DNA of 64,000 bases, taken from positions 23,396,534 through 23,460,533 of the forward strand of contig CM120644.1 in assembly GCA_051362555.1 (NCBI GenBank), given 5' to 3'. Origin of the DNA: Lingula anatina (Eukaryota; Animalia; Brachiopoda). Of the stretch, positions 41,215 to 54,800 are shown piece by piece. The notes beneath the pieces were generated by a model, which saw only the letters and a program-made list of their open reading frames with translations, was not told the DNA's origin and made no database searches. Each line of letters begins with the position of its first letter. Position 1 is the first letter of the stretch. The position numbers were made by a program, and so were the translations under genes.

Positions 41215-44200
41215 TTAGGAATGTAAGTTTTCAGCTAATATGCATATGCAAAGAGGATGACCATTAAAACTGGTTCAGAAAAATGTATATAAGTGCATAA
41301 GGTTATTTTGTACAAAAGAAAAAAAAAGTGCAGAGGTGACATTTTCAACTACATTCTGATGGTAGTGCTGAAGACATTGAAAGCAAAATGTGACTACTGT
41401 ATATGTCATTATGTATATAAAAGTACACAATACCTGCAAAGCCTCAAGGATATACAATACTGTACAGCAGTACATATTATATATGCTGGTCTGTAAAATA
41501 AAATATTCCAGGTAAATTAGGTGAGTGGCAGTCATGCTTTAGTCTTTTTGTCTGGTTTTTGGTAAGATTTATTGGTTATTTAATCTGCAGTGTGATATTT
41601 TAAAGAAGAACTTAATAGTAACACAGTTCAAAAGTTTATTTGTAAGCAAACAGGGCATTAAATTAAAAGTTGTCTGTTTACAAACTTAAAGGAAGTCATT
41701 TTACATTGAAGTGTTTGGTTTAGATACAGATCAAAAAGGGCGCACGTATTTTGAATATGTAAACAAGATTTAGATAAAATGCAAGTTTGAAATGGTTGGT
41801 CATTTAGTTTGAAAATTGTAATATCCTATTCTCTGAAAAGAGAAGAGTCTGGTGTCAATGCAGCCGTTGTAATAATTAATTCATTATGACTATAATATGA
41901 TTTTGACTAGAAACCAGATAGTTCTCCATTTTCCCCTGATGAACATGGTATATTTAAAGTACAGAAAACCACAAATGGGATAGTTTATATCTTACTGGCT
42001 ATAAGAATCGGAGGTAGAAATATATATATAAATGGATGTACCATTTATTGCAAGCACAGGTACCTATCGTACCACATGTATGTGAGCGTTTTCAGGATTT
42101 TGGCTGTCTGTGTGAGTACATTAAATTGGAGAAAATAGACATAGATAGACAAAGCTCTTTATTTGACTGTCTCAGTAGATATTCAGAAGTTTAAATTTAA
42201 GATTGTCCAAAGGCGAGCAGCAGTGCATATAATTCCTAAGGTTCAAAGACCTGATTGTATTGGTATGTGTAATTCATTTATCAGTTGTTTGTGATTGTAC
42301 ATAAATTTGTGGAGTTTTGTATTGTTAGAATGTATTATACATGTAAATCCTTATTGGTAATTACCAAACAGCAGTGAGAATATGATAATCCTATAGTGTA
42401 AACACTGCATATTGAACATGACAAACATTGATTTCATTTATATCATAAGTAAAGCCATAACATGGTCAATATTCAGGAACTTCTGGATACAGTGAATAGT
42501 TTTCTGATGGAGAAGAAGGTGAATATACATGTAATTGTAGATCTCACTGCCGCACAGAGGCGCAAATGATTTATGATAATTTTGTTGATTTTATATAAAA
42601 TATTCAAACACTTATGATAAAGATGTATGTTTTGTTGACAATTTTGTGTCCATCTTACAGAATATGTCTATTAAAATGCTCTTTCAGGGGTTTTTGTTTT
42701 AAAAGCTTAGGGAATGGATTAACAAGTGTCTCAAATTTGTCAATAAATTTGGTCTTATACATAACCCTTAGACTGTGATGAAATGAGCATGGCTACCCAA
42801 GTTATTTATTTTTATTTTATTTTATTTTTTGCTTTGTATATTGATTTATCAATTTTCCATTGAAACGCTTTTCATACTGGATTCTTGTGTGTGTATGTAG
42901 ACATGTACACTATTGGTCAAAAATTGTGTCCTAACTCGAGTTCCATGACATGGCATGTGTTTTTGTTTACATAAACCATTTTAAATATTTTTTAAATTCC
43001 ATTTACCATACCTAATTTGACGTGCGGTACAGAAAGTACAAAATGTCGATCTATATTATATACCATTTATTCAAGTTTAGAGCATACGCTCCTCAAATCT
43101 GACGTTCCACTGTCATTTCCATTGAGCAAAAAAAGACCAGCAAAATTAAAAATATGCCACCAGATACACACACGATTAGCTTGAGCATACAATCCTCTGG
43201 CTCAGTTCATTTATGAGAACAGTAAATACATCATTACCAAAATCACGAAGCATGCAATTGGTATAAAGATTGCTGTTGCGCTTTCTTCCAGTCCAAAAGG
43301 AGTTTCTTACTTTTCCCTCAGTCGGCGTCAGAATGAGGCAAAAATGACGCGAACGATCCTGTGTTTGTGTGAGCGCACGATTGCGTGGAACATCTACGGG
43401 GGAGACGAGAGAGAGAGAGGTAACAAGAGACCAGCTCAATGCTGAGAGTCCATGTAGTACTACTGTGAGTACAGCCCCCTTTACACTGGACGGCGTCCTT
43501 TCTGCTTCCGTTAGAACGGCCCCGTTTGAGAGCAAATAAAACCATTACTTCTGTGCCGACAACTGATCGATCACTGAGGATTCAATCTGTAGCCAAAGCG
43601 ATGCTTATGCCTCTTCTCTACGACCATATCGATGCCAGTTACATAGTCCACAAAGGACGCAGAAAGGACGCCGTCTAGTGTGAAAGGGGCTTAAAAAACG
43701 GAATACATTTCAAAAATTTTTAGAGGGCGAGGGGGCATGTCTCCAGTTTAACTTCCAGGCACCAGGACACCGCAGTATATATATCTACCTCACCATGACA
43801 TGTTGCGGGCCATGTTGACTGTTGACTTCCCGAAAAACGCGGGATATCCAACATGACAGACAGCAATCAACATCGACAATTTTGATCGTAGTAGTAGTAC
43901 AATTTTATTATTACTGTATCAAAGGGATTGAACTCTCAAGATGAAAGTAAGCCGAGTTAACTGATAACCCTTTTGATTCTTTCACACAGAGTATGCTTAA
44001 AATAGATCAAAATAAGTGAATCAAGTGACATGCCTTGGCTATCTTCATCCCAAATGTGTCCATAAAATGTAAAATGTAGCACAGCTGATCTTACTTAAGC
44101 CCCGATTATATAGTGAACCTTTCGATGCATGTAAATTACTTGGAGTTACTGTTGCACACATATTGATCCCATTTACATAAATAGAATAAAATGTGAATAG

Positions 44201-46189
44201 TGTACAGCATAAAGTAAAATTTCGTTTTTAACTGAAGATGTGAGGTTGTTTGTTATGCTTTTCTGTGCACGTGAAGTGAAAGACTTCACTCGGATTTGGA
44301 ATCACGTCGGAGCCCTTCGTTGACGAAATGGCGTCTCAGTATACGCATCTTATAAGTTATAATATAACTAAATTTAGTGATAGCCACGCTATGATCAAGG
44401 CACAAACAGGAATTTTACTTTTTAAATTTTAAATTAAAATTTTACCGCCCAGTTTCACTCACACACATACATAGAACTACCTGGCATTAGTATATACTCA
44501 GAGAACTTGGGTGGGCATCGACCCTAAGAACCCAAGTCACTCACGCGACATTGGTCAATTAAGTTATAAAGTACATTGATATATCCCACTGTTTTCAGAC
44601 TAACTTGACTTCCAGCTTGTTCCTACTTGTACAATATACATATTTTATTTCAGTTATATTTTTGTAGTTTTCTGTGAAGTGAAAATACCCAAGCTATCAG
44701 AAGCGATAGAAGTGACCACTATAAGATCACATACCTAAGTAAGCATCAATATATATATATATACCCCATTCAACTTTTGGATGTCTTAATTCAATGGGCT
44801 TCTCTATGTAAAACATCCTCCGTAAGCATGGCGCGGTCGCAAAGGGGCAAAATGACTCGATATAATTTTGTGGGGAAAATGACTCGTTTCAGGAAATAAA
44901 CAGTTCAACTTATGCTTTACTACTAAACAATGTGTTATTATTATGTTTAAGTGCCGTAGCACTAGATAATCCTTAAATAATCACAAGTTACCCTACACCG
45001 GTCTGATACGAACTGTCCAAGATACATATTCATTTCTAAAAAGATGGTATCCTACCTTTAGCTTTCTATAATGCTGTCAGTTCAGCTAAGGGTGGGAGGG
45101 GGGGGGGGGGGATAAAGTCAGCAGCTGTTAACACTAAAAATGTATTCACACTATCGTGTATATCCCGAAAGTAATAATTATAAAAATAAAAAAATATATT
45201 TAAAGAACGTAAAACATGTTACACATGGCCCTCAATACAAGCAGTGAACGAAGTTTTTAAACAAACAAATGACAGACGAAAACATTGCTTCCATACTATG
45301 TAACTACAGAAGGCAAAAAAATTAAATCAAGTACATAAAGCTAGCAAACAGATCAATAAATAAAGTAGATGAAAAATAAAGTTGTATGGAAAGCTGTATA
45401 GACTTTACCATCTAACCCAATGCAGTACTCAACATGACAGTAGTAATATAAATTTTTCCACAAAAAATTTCCACAAATCTCAACGCGTCTTACAGTAAGT
45501 AAATTAAATTAATATGAACACTGACAAAAATTATATTGAAAATACAAAGAAAGTAATAATCTCATACAGCAACAACACTGGGTTAAAAAATATCAGACAG
45601 TAAAAAATATAAAAGATATGCGTCTTTAAAAAATTGTTTAAAAAAATACGTCTTGGTTTGTCCTGATTCTACACAGAGCTTATTCCCGAGTTTTAGACCC
45701 CATTCCGAGAGATTAGGGGCGTATTCCCATAGATTTTAGATCGATCTATCCTTGTGGGGAGTCTCAGCTATTTAGCGTGAACCCCCAGGGAGTTAGGTCG
45801 ATCTAGTTTGGATCGATCTAATTTCTGGGAATGGGGTTTAGATTGATCCAACTAGATCGACCTAACTCCCTGGGGGTTCACGCTAAATAGCTGTCAGCCG
45901 AGCGGGCACGAAAGTTAATTACCCCCTTACAGCTTGTGGTAGGCGGGACGGACATTTAAGCCGGATTATCTGACAGTAATCTAGTGAGACTCCCCACGGG
46001 GATAGATCGATCTAAAATCTATGGGAATGCGCCCTTAGAGCATATAACTCAAATGCACGGCCTCCGTTACACATACGTATACCTCTGTTTCACACCAAGT
46101 GAAAAATGTAAAATCTACCTGTCGCAGGACTACTTTCATCATCATATCAGAGATACCCATACTAATATTAAAACTTTGAAAAGCCATGC

Positions 46190-47530
46190 CTACGTTGGTG
46201 TAATCAGTGAATACTTTTTATCGACCTGAAGCATTTTATAAATTCGATCACATGCCACGGTGGGATTTTTCTCGCCAAATATGGGGAATCCATGCGATTT
46301 GTAATACGACAACAATCGGTTCACATCCTGGTAGTGTCTTTCTTGAGCCTTCATACAGCCCGGGTGCCAGGTCCAGTCGGTGAACTCAAAATTAAACAGG
46401 TCTCTTTGAATGACGCTCCTACTGAAAAATCTACAGTGATTCGGGCACATTTCGAAGCCACCGGAATAGCAAATCCCCATCAGAAGAGCTTGAGGGTAGT
46501 AAGTTTCCCTGTCGTACGGTGTTTTCAACAGTTCCTGTTTGGGTACTGTCTGATATTTCCAATGCATTGAAGTTCTAGCGATGGGGGATAGTTCCTCCGT
46601 CGTAAAATTTTCTTTGTAAGTTTTGAGAGGTGCTCTCCCGGGGAGTTCGGCTTTGAAGTCTCCGTTTGGGCGCATTTGGATGCGAAAGATGTATTCCTTG
46701 CGATGGAGAGTGTATATACACTGACACATTATGCTGAATTGAGAAAAGAGATTGTCGACTGATATTTCTTTAATGATTGCATCGAAAGATTTCTTATGTA
46801 ACCGCTCCAAGTAATGGCGACATTCAACAACATGTTTTACTTTTATGATGACAGGAAAGTATGACATGCATTTCATGACTTCTCCAGTCCCGAATAAATT
46901 GTAATGCTTCATTGTTGTCATTCCCCATTCTTTCGTCAGAAACTGGCCAACGACGCCGACCACGATAGGTTTGCCGTCTCTGAAAAGGTCTTCCGGCGTA
47001 ACAACCGTAACGAACAGAGTGTCTGTATCCACGTAGCCAACGTACTCGGCCTTGGTGTAATTTTCGGGATAAAACATCGACCGCTGCATACGGCTTGGCC
47101 CTCGATGGTTGTATATTTCTGGGTAGGGGTCTTCAAAGAAAACCTTCGGAAAAGGCGGGCTGTCTCTTATCGTTGCTTCCAACGCATGGTCCTGTTTCGA
47201 TTCATTGTCTAAGATAACCATCACACGAATATGACGCGGCCAGAAAAGCATCAAGCTGGGTTTGAAGATCTTCTCGTAAAGATGATGATGTTTGTGGTAC
47301 ATGCGAAGGAACAGTTCAAGCGTCGGAACAGAGTCCCAGACACCTGGGATATTGGATTTAGACCCGCTAGCACTAGTACCTGCCGGCGCCCCTTCATCCA
47401 CGACGTGGCTTGGTCCTCCGGAGAGACTTTGGAGCGGGGACGTTGTTTTCTTATGCATTGTTATTAACAATACCATAATGCCCCCTATCGCCACACCGAT
47501 CCATAATCTTATTAGTAGCGTACTTCTCAT
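46190..47530 (-). CDS. Second intact copy of the 446-aa putative glycosyltransferase
   Basis: Protein identical to 7979-9319 except Y37S in the stem region. Confidence 0.8.
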   Translation of the reverse strand: MRSTLLIRLWIGVAIGGIMVLLITMHKKTTSPLQSLSGGPSHVVDEGAPAGTSASGSKSNIPGVWDSVPTLELFLRMYHKHHHLYEKIFKPSLMLFWPRHIRVMVILDNESKQDHALEATIRDSPPFPKVFFEDPYPEIYNHRGPSRMQRSMFYPENYTKAEYVGYVDTDTLFVTVVTPEDLFRDGKPIVVGVVGQFLTKEWGMTTMKHYNLFGTGEVMKCMSYFPVIIKVKHVVECRHYLERLHKKSFDAIIKEISVDNLFSQFSIMCQCIYTLHRKEYIFRIQMRPNGDFKAELPGRAPLKTYKENFTTEELSPIARTSMHWKYQTVPKQELLKTPYDRETYYPQALLMGICYSGGFEMCPNHCRFFSRSVIQRDLFNFEFTDWTWHPGCMKAQERHYQDVNRLLSYYKSHGFPIFGEKNPTVACDRIYKMLQVDKKYSLITPT

Positions 47531-47947
47531 GACTGTACATGTGGTTTCATTTCAAAACCAGCAGAGCGTTTTTTGTAGCAATACCTGAGTACACCAGTCG
47601 AAAAGTCACTGCAAATTATAAACAGATCGCTAGATGTCCACCTTTCCAAAGAGAATGTTGACACGGCTTACACACTTCGGGGGTTACCTTGACTGGTCGG
47701 TGAACGGGTGTCGTAAAATCGTCCTATTATTAATAAACCGGGTGCATCAACCTGAAAAAACTATAATAAAATAACTGTTATTCTATTATGCCAAAGCACA
47801 TTTTAAAAACACCAAATTCGATAGCAGCATTCAAAACGTAATAATAAAATAATCATTTGGTTATCTTACGACACTCGTTTACTGACAAGTCAAGGTGAGC
47901 GTCAAGGTGACGACCGCAACAACAACAACACTGGGTTAAAAAATATC

Positions 47948-49274
47948 AGACAGTAAACCTAAAACACGGAACAGCGGAACAACGGAACAGCGGAACAGAC
48001 TATAATGCGGAACATTGTTACTGTGGAACACACGACGCAGGAACGGAACAGCATAAAAGACGGAACGTTTAATTGTTGTGACTGCTGGCTTGCGGAACCA
48101 ACAGTGCGGAACGGCCTTAGAAAACAAACGCTCCAATAACAACCAAAGAAAATTGTGACGTCACAGATAACTTAGACTATTAATAAATTTGCAATTACAA
48201 GTAAACAAGAAAATATTTTTACAAAATAAAAATATCAAAATTATAAATATGCGTCAGCTCATTGTTTTATATCAATAAATTCCTGAAATTACATTAGTTT
48301 TTATTTCAATGGTGATTAATCTTTTATCGTAGCAAATTAAACCCTACCATTGTATAAGTCATAGACGTTTGAGAGTGTATAAAAAGGCAAAATTACAGTA
48401 AAAATGTAAAGAATGATGTGTTTTCTATCTCACCCCACCAATACTCACTATTGTGTTTTATGTTTCTTTTCTCTTTTCAATAAAAATTAGAGGTATTTGT
48501 TGTTTGTTTTCCTATTTGCAAACTGTGGAGTCTACGTCATAATCGCATATACTGTGGAACAAATGTGCATTGCGTCATTAATAGCACCATCGTCTGCAAG
48601 AACTCTACAAATTAACGTTTTGGACGTAACGCAACAAAACAACAACTATGATTGCGGTATGTACGCAATAGCAAATATGGTTGCCTTGGCGCATGGTAAA
48701 GATCCCACAAACATGAAGTATGACAGCAAAAAAAACTGCGTTCACATTTATTTTTTTGTTTAGAAAGACGACATCTTTCTCTTTTTCCGATAACAAGCAG
48801 ACGTAAAATTAAAAATCCTATCAAAAATTCGGTCGCGGTAAATTTATACTGTAATTGTAAATTACCAGATACACACACCCTCTATGTCATCTGTGACGGG
48901 TGCAATGAGGAATATCATCTTCAGTGTATAGGACGCAGTGACGAGGACGCATTGAATGAAGAACGAATGTATTGCACAGAATGCAGAAAAAGACAACAAC
49001 AATAATAATAATAACTCAATATAACGCATTGAAACAAGAAATAATATATTGGCGTTCAAATTTTCTTTAATTATATGCAGAAAAAGAAGACAACAACAAT
49101 AATAATAATAACTCAATGTATTCATATTCGTCTTGTTTTTCTTTTACCACTAAATAAATAATATTTCCTCGTTCCACAATGTATTTGATACACGTTCCGC
49201 TTTTTACTGTATTCCGCATTTTAGTCTGTTCCGCTGTTCCGTTGTTCCGGTGTTCCGTCTTTTAGGTTCTGCCC
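47948..49274 (+). mobile_element. MULE copy with a further ~1.2-kb deletion; Ulp1-PHD remnant frameshifted
   Basis: Same TIRs. The junction aatcgc-atat-actgtgg (~48546) removes 10342-11567 of copy 1, and there is an extra A in the poly-A run at ~48727. Confidence 0.8.
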
Positions 49275-51243
49275 GAGCGAACCGGTTTTGGACGTAAAGA
49301 AGATGATGTTTGTGGTACATGCGAAGGAACAGTTCAATCGTCGGAACAGAGTTTATTAGTGATTATTAGAGCGGAAATATAAACGTTGGACTCTGTGAAG
49401 CGTCACGGCCCAAACAGAGTCAAGATGGCAGCAGCAGGTAGGCCCTATCAGGGGGTGGAAACGCGCTACTTATATGGTTATGACGAGCCTAACCGTCAGC
49501 ACCGGATATTACTTTGTGACCTTGAGGGGCAATTAGGCTTGGTCTTTGCGGCACGCGCGAACAGTAGTCGATCTACCACACCTGGGTCTTTTGTGTTTGA
49601 CAACTGTTCACTCGTCAACGAGGTGCTTGTTCTAGACTACAGACTGATATCTACTAGTACTACCAGTGGCTTCATTAGTAACGTTCCCACAATACATGGT
49701 TTACTGTCTGTGCGTACATACCCCGAATTCGGTTAGCCTCACTGACGTAACGAGAACAATGGACGTTTCTTACCCCTCTCTAGGATTACCCCTGGCCCTA
49801 TATCACAGGCCACAGAATTTAATGGCTCATTCCCCTTGAAACCATCAATGTCGGTCTACGTAGATCGTTCGGTATTTTTGTAGTATACCCCCCCCCCCCC
49901 CCCACCCTGTAACTTTCTGTAACTTTCACTTTTCAAACAGTCTTTTACATTTTCTTGTTCATCTATGTCAAAGCTGTTGAAATAATTGCTTTTGTAATTA
50001 CCTGTGGTCTTTTTATTAGTTTTAATCACATTTAATCCAGCCCATTGAAATACAATGTGAAAATCTACAATACACCCGCAGTCAATAACTTGCCGCGTTT
50101 TCGTTGGCTAACTCTAAGGTAATTTTATGTCTCCTCAAATCTGACGTTCCACTGTCATAATTAATTCATTATGGAAATTTAAAAAGAAGCTGGGTAATGA
50201 GGAACATGGACCCCTACAACCAGTTCATCTCTTCAGAACTCTTTTCCATGTGAAAAAGATCAGAAACGAAAGAAAGGATTATTTAATAGTTTTATATGGC
50301 AATCAATAGAAATAAAAGAATAACGGGGCATGTAAGAGTTCAAATTTATCTATATTTGTGTTTGAAAAATGAACTGAAAAAATTGACCTAAAAAGGACTA
50401 GACTTTTTCCCACCTGTTTCTTCTGTACACCATCTCGGCTCATAAAATTTCTATAACAATTATCTCGATTTTCTTGTGTTACACTCATACATGATTTGAA
50501 AATAGGATTTATGTCCAACAGAATGGTAAATTGTGTCCGATATTTAAGGCTGGCGATGTACTGTTTACAGCATCATCTCATAGCACTCAAAAATGTGACA
50601 CGGGTGCAAACGGCTGAATTACGTTGTGAGTCTCAGCAACCACAATGAACAGGCTCTGCACCATATTTTGGTGATGATCCATTAATTCATTTATTAATTA
50701 ATTGTTTAATAAGTTTATTTATTAGGCCTACTTAGCTATTAACAGATTTTGTTGAAATTTACAGGATAGGTCACAAATGGGCAAAGGAAGAAATGGTTGG
50801 ATTTTGGTTGTGTTCCATTAATTAATTACTTGAAAATTAAATTTCCAGGATAGCTCACAAATGGACAATGGAAGAAGATTTTGGTAATGATCCATTTATT
50901 TATTATTTAATTAATAAATTAATCGATCATGGAACTCCGCAAGGACAAATAATTTAGTATTAAGTAATTAAGAATACTGAATAATACTAAATTATGTCCT
51001 TGCGGAGGTTGCGCTCTCTGGTTTTCTTCTGCTCAGGTGCATATTTTAGTATTAATCAATTTATAATACTAATACTTAATTAATGATACTTTATAATACG
51101 CAATTATTTGTCCTTGCGGGGGTTGCGCTCTCTAGTTTTCTTGCACCGAGATGCATATTTTGGTGTTTGATTTTTTTCTTCCAATGTGTAGACATATCAA
51201 AGTTTGCACACAGTTTTACAGAGCGTTGTTTTCAGTCGTTAGC

Positions 51244-51288
<45 letters not shown>

Positions 51289-51842
51289 TAATGTTTTAGC
51301 CATAAATAAAATCCTCATTTCAGTTACATCCACTGTTAGCTAGACGAAATGGTGACAGGGCATAGTCAAGCATTTTACACAAAACGCGACAAAACTGCAT
51401 TCTCAGAGAAAGTAATTTGCAGAATCTTTTGTAAAAATATACTTGAGGTTGAGTACAAATTGTGTCAGTAAAATAACCATGCATCTCGATATAGCCCTTA
51501 GCGCAGTTTGATTTTTCTTAGTATTAATATCGTGCAAATATTACACAAAAGGCGTGATATTTTTTAAAATTTCTTTCATAAAACCTTCGTTTCTCTTCGC
51601 ACTCCCCGCACTAGCAGGGCATGGATTTTAAACTTTTCTTGGATTGGCATGCGCACAAAAAGCTATATTTATCACTTTCTGTCTCCAGAGTTTAAAAAAA
51701 AAGGAGAAATCGCGCTTATATTTTTAACTTCATTTTTTCCTTTTTTTTTTTTCAAATGAACTTAAGCCTATATATATATTGAGTATCAGTAAATATGTAT
51801 ATAATATGTCTTTATTCAGGTGCGCAGCTTTTAAGTGTGTGC

Positions 51843-51881
<39 letters not shown>

Positions 51882-54800
51882 GGGGAGGGGGCAAACCATG
51901 TGAGGGAATATAAGCGACGGAGGAGGGGGTCCGTTGGTCCCACTGCTTCCTACGCCTATATGTAGGCCCTAAACGTTACCACAAAGCCGCGTGCTAAGCG
52001 TACAATAACAATCACGAGCTTTGTTAAATATTAACACTTCTAAAAAATGCACTGACCGAATTACAGTGATAAATACGTCATATCGTCCGTTGTCTATTTG
52101 ACTTTGCCAAATCTTTATCGGCCCCTTAACATCGTCTTACGCCCTCTTCCTAACTTTACTATCAGCGACAGCTCACGTAAACAACGAACCCGCCTGACTC
52201 TAGATCTGGTACGGTGTTGAGTTTAAAACGCTCTAGTCAAAGCAACAAGTCGCATTCATTGACAGCGCCCAACGTAAGCATGAAAAGAGCGGAGATCTGC
52301 GAGGCTTTAGCTCCTCTGAAGATTGTCGACTATCCTGAAGTTCCGCCCCCTCCCCCTAAAGGGGTTGTGGTTAAGGTGAGGGTCGGGACAAGGAGGGGTA
52401 TGTAAATCTATTTCGAAGATCCGCGTTCATACTGCTTGGAGACAAAGGACAGATGGTGAGATATCTGTATGCATTTAGATCGTTTGCACGTGTGTGCGCG
52501 TGCGTGCGTGTTTTTGAGAGAGAGAGAGAGAGGGATTGAAACCATGACCACCTCAGTACAATTGCACATTCATCTGAACCTCTTATATTCTGAACTGAAG
52601 TGAACTAGCTTCAACTGATTATCAGTAAGCGATGGTGATAATATCCACAAGTCAAAATCTGGTCACAAGTCACTGGTGATTCTCTATTCTTGATATTATT
52701 AACCCAGATATACGAGTATGTCAACAGAAGTAGAGGTGTAACGAAACTGGGGGTCGTGCCATTGTCTCGTGTGCATATATAGCCTTAAACGGTATGACAG
52801 GAATGGTAGTCCGCTAGGAACCGTAGTCCGTTCGGCATTATTTAGTACAGGAGACTAACACTTACCTGTAGCAATCAACCGACTAATCATATTATTGGAA
52901 CCTCGGACTTTCATTTCTCGGACTGCTATTCCTGTCACACCATGACCCTTTGGGAATGACATTAGTTCTTAAATTATGTCGCGTCCATAGGACATAATTA
53001 CACCGTTTTGGTAACAGATTTATGCGACCGATTAATTCCTTTCTCTTTTGACTCGGTTTGAATAAAAATATGATATTTCGTGTTGTTTATTATGACGCCT
53101 TCCATAGACCTTTAATATTGTTGAGATGTTGCAGCTAATAACAATGTCCAAAATGTATGCAGGAACCAAACAAGATGTTTAACTACCAGTAGCTCCAAGT
53201 GTGAGTGGAGGATTAATTTTTACTTCTATGCAATGCAATGTGTCTCAAAATGCGTGTTGTTGTTGACACTGAATGTTGAAAAGGAAAAGCATCGAAAAAA
53301 CCCAACCAAATTTCTATTTGGTGTTTTCACGTTTTTTTTTTTTTTCTCCAGACCATAAATTTCAACTGAAATGGTTACTCTGCACGGCTAATCTTATTCG
53401 GATATCAGAGTTGAAAGTGAATTTAACTTGTAATTTAAATTAATTACAATGCTGACCGGTCCTACTCTCTGACCACAGTGTCCGTTAGTAGTCTGTTACA
53501 AAATTATTGTATCTCCATTTCTTTAGTTTTGTATGCTGTACCTACTATATAAACATACTATCAGAATGTGATTCCGTCCTACCTTCTCCTCAATTTACAG
53601 GAGAGCATTAAATCACGGGGAATCTTTTAAAAAAAAGTGACTTTGTTATCTTGACTATGGAAGTAGATGAAATGTAACGTAACTATCCAATAAAATTTAC
53701 ATGTAATCACAAGTTGGACGCCAACTCTTGGGTTTACAAATTATATCAGCAGATCAAAGATCTTACACGATTCTTACTCATTATTACTTTATTTACGTAG
53801 GCTACTTAGAATGGATGAGAACCTTATATGATAGGGAGGAAACATTGTGGTTCATTCTCAGCTGTTAATTAAAAATTTAAATAGTAAAAAGTATTTCTTA
53901 TGTATTGATATAAGTTTTTTATGATAAAAACGAATTAATTATAAAATATACTTCATTATAATACATCCGTGTTCACTACTGTGAACTGGCAAACAATAAA
54001 CTGTACATGTAGTAATGTAGTACTTACATCTAGATTTAAGTGACATTTGGTGAATGAATTGGTAAGTCATTCGATGCACACTTAAATCGGGCATAAGTAA
54101 GCACTGCACCTGTGCTATATTTGTTATATTTTGCGTTTTACAGCTATTCACACAAATATCACACTTACTCCACGGGGACTCACTCTGAATGAAAAAACAC
54201 CTTGTGTCTGTACAGATGTGTCTGTACATATAGCCGTCATCTGCGTCTGTCGTCGCAGTCGCCGTCGTTGCCGTCGTCGCCGTCGCCGTGCACTTTTACC
54301 GATAACACGATAAGTGGAAAACTGTTTTTTCTTTTTGTTTGAAACTTACAGAACTGATGAATATTCATATGCAGCACCGATAACACGATAAGTGGAAAAT
54401 CATTTTACCTTTTGGCTTGAAACTTACAGAACTGATGCATATACATAATACGGAGGTCAAGTTCGAAAATCAGCGTGATTGGGTCATTTTTAGTGAATTT
54501 AGGCTATTTTTTCTCTTTTTTCAGCATATGTGCAGCACCGATAACACGATAAGTGGAAAACCATTTTACCTTTTGGCTTGAAACTTACAGAACTGATAAA
54601 TATTCATAATACGCAGGTCAAGTTCGAAAATCAGCACGATCGGGTCACTTATAGGGAATTTATGCTGTTTTTTCACTTTTTTCAGTATATATGCAACACT
54701 GATAACACAATATAAGAAAAACAGATTGGCCAATTGTCATTATACTCACAGTAGGGGCCAATCTTACTAAAACGCAGGTTGAGTTTGAAAATCAGCATAA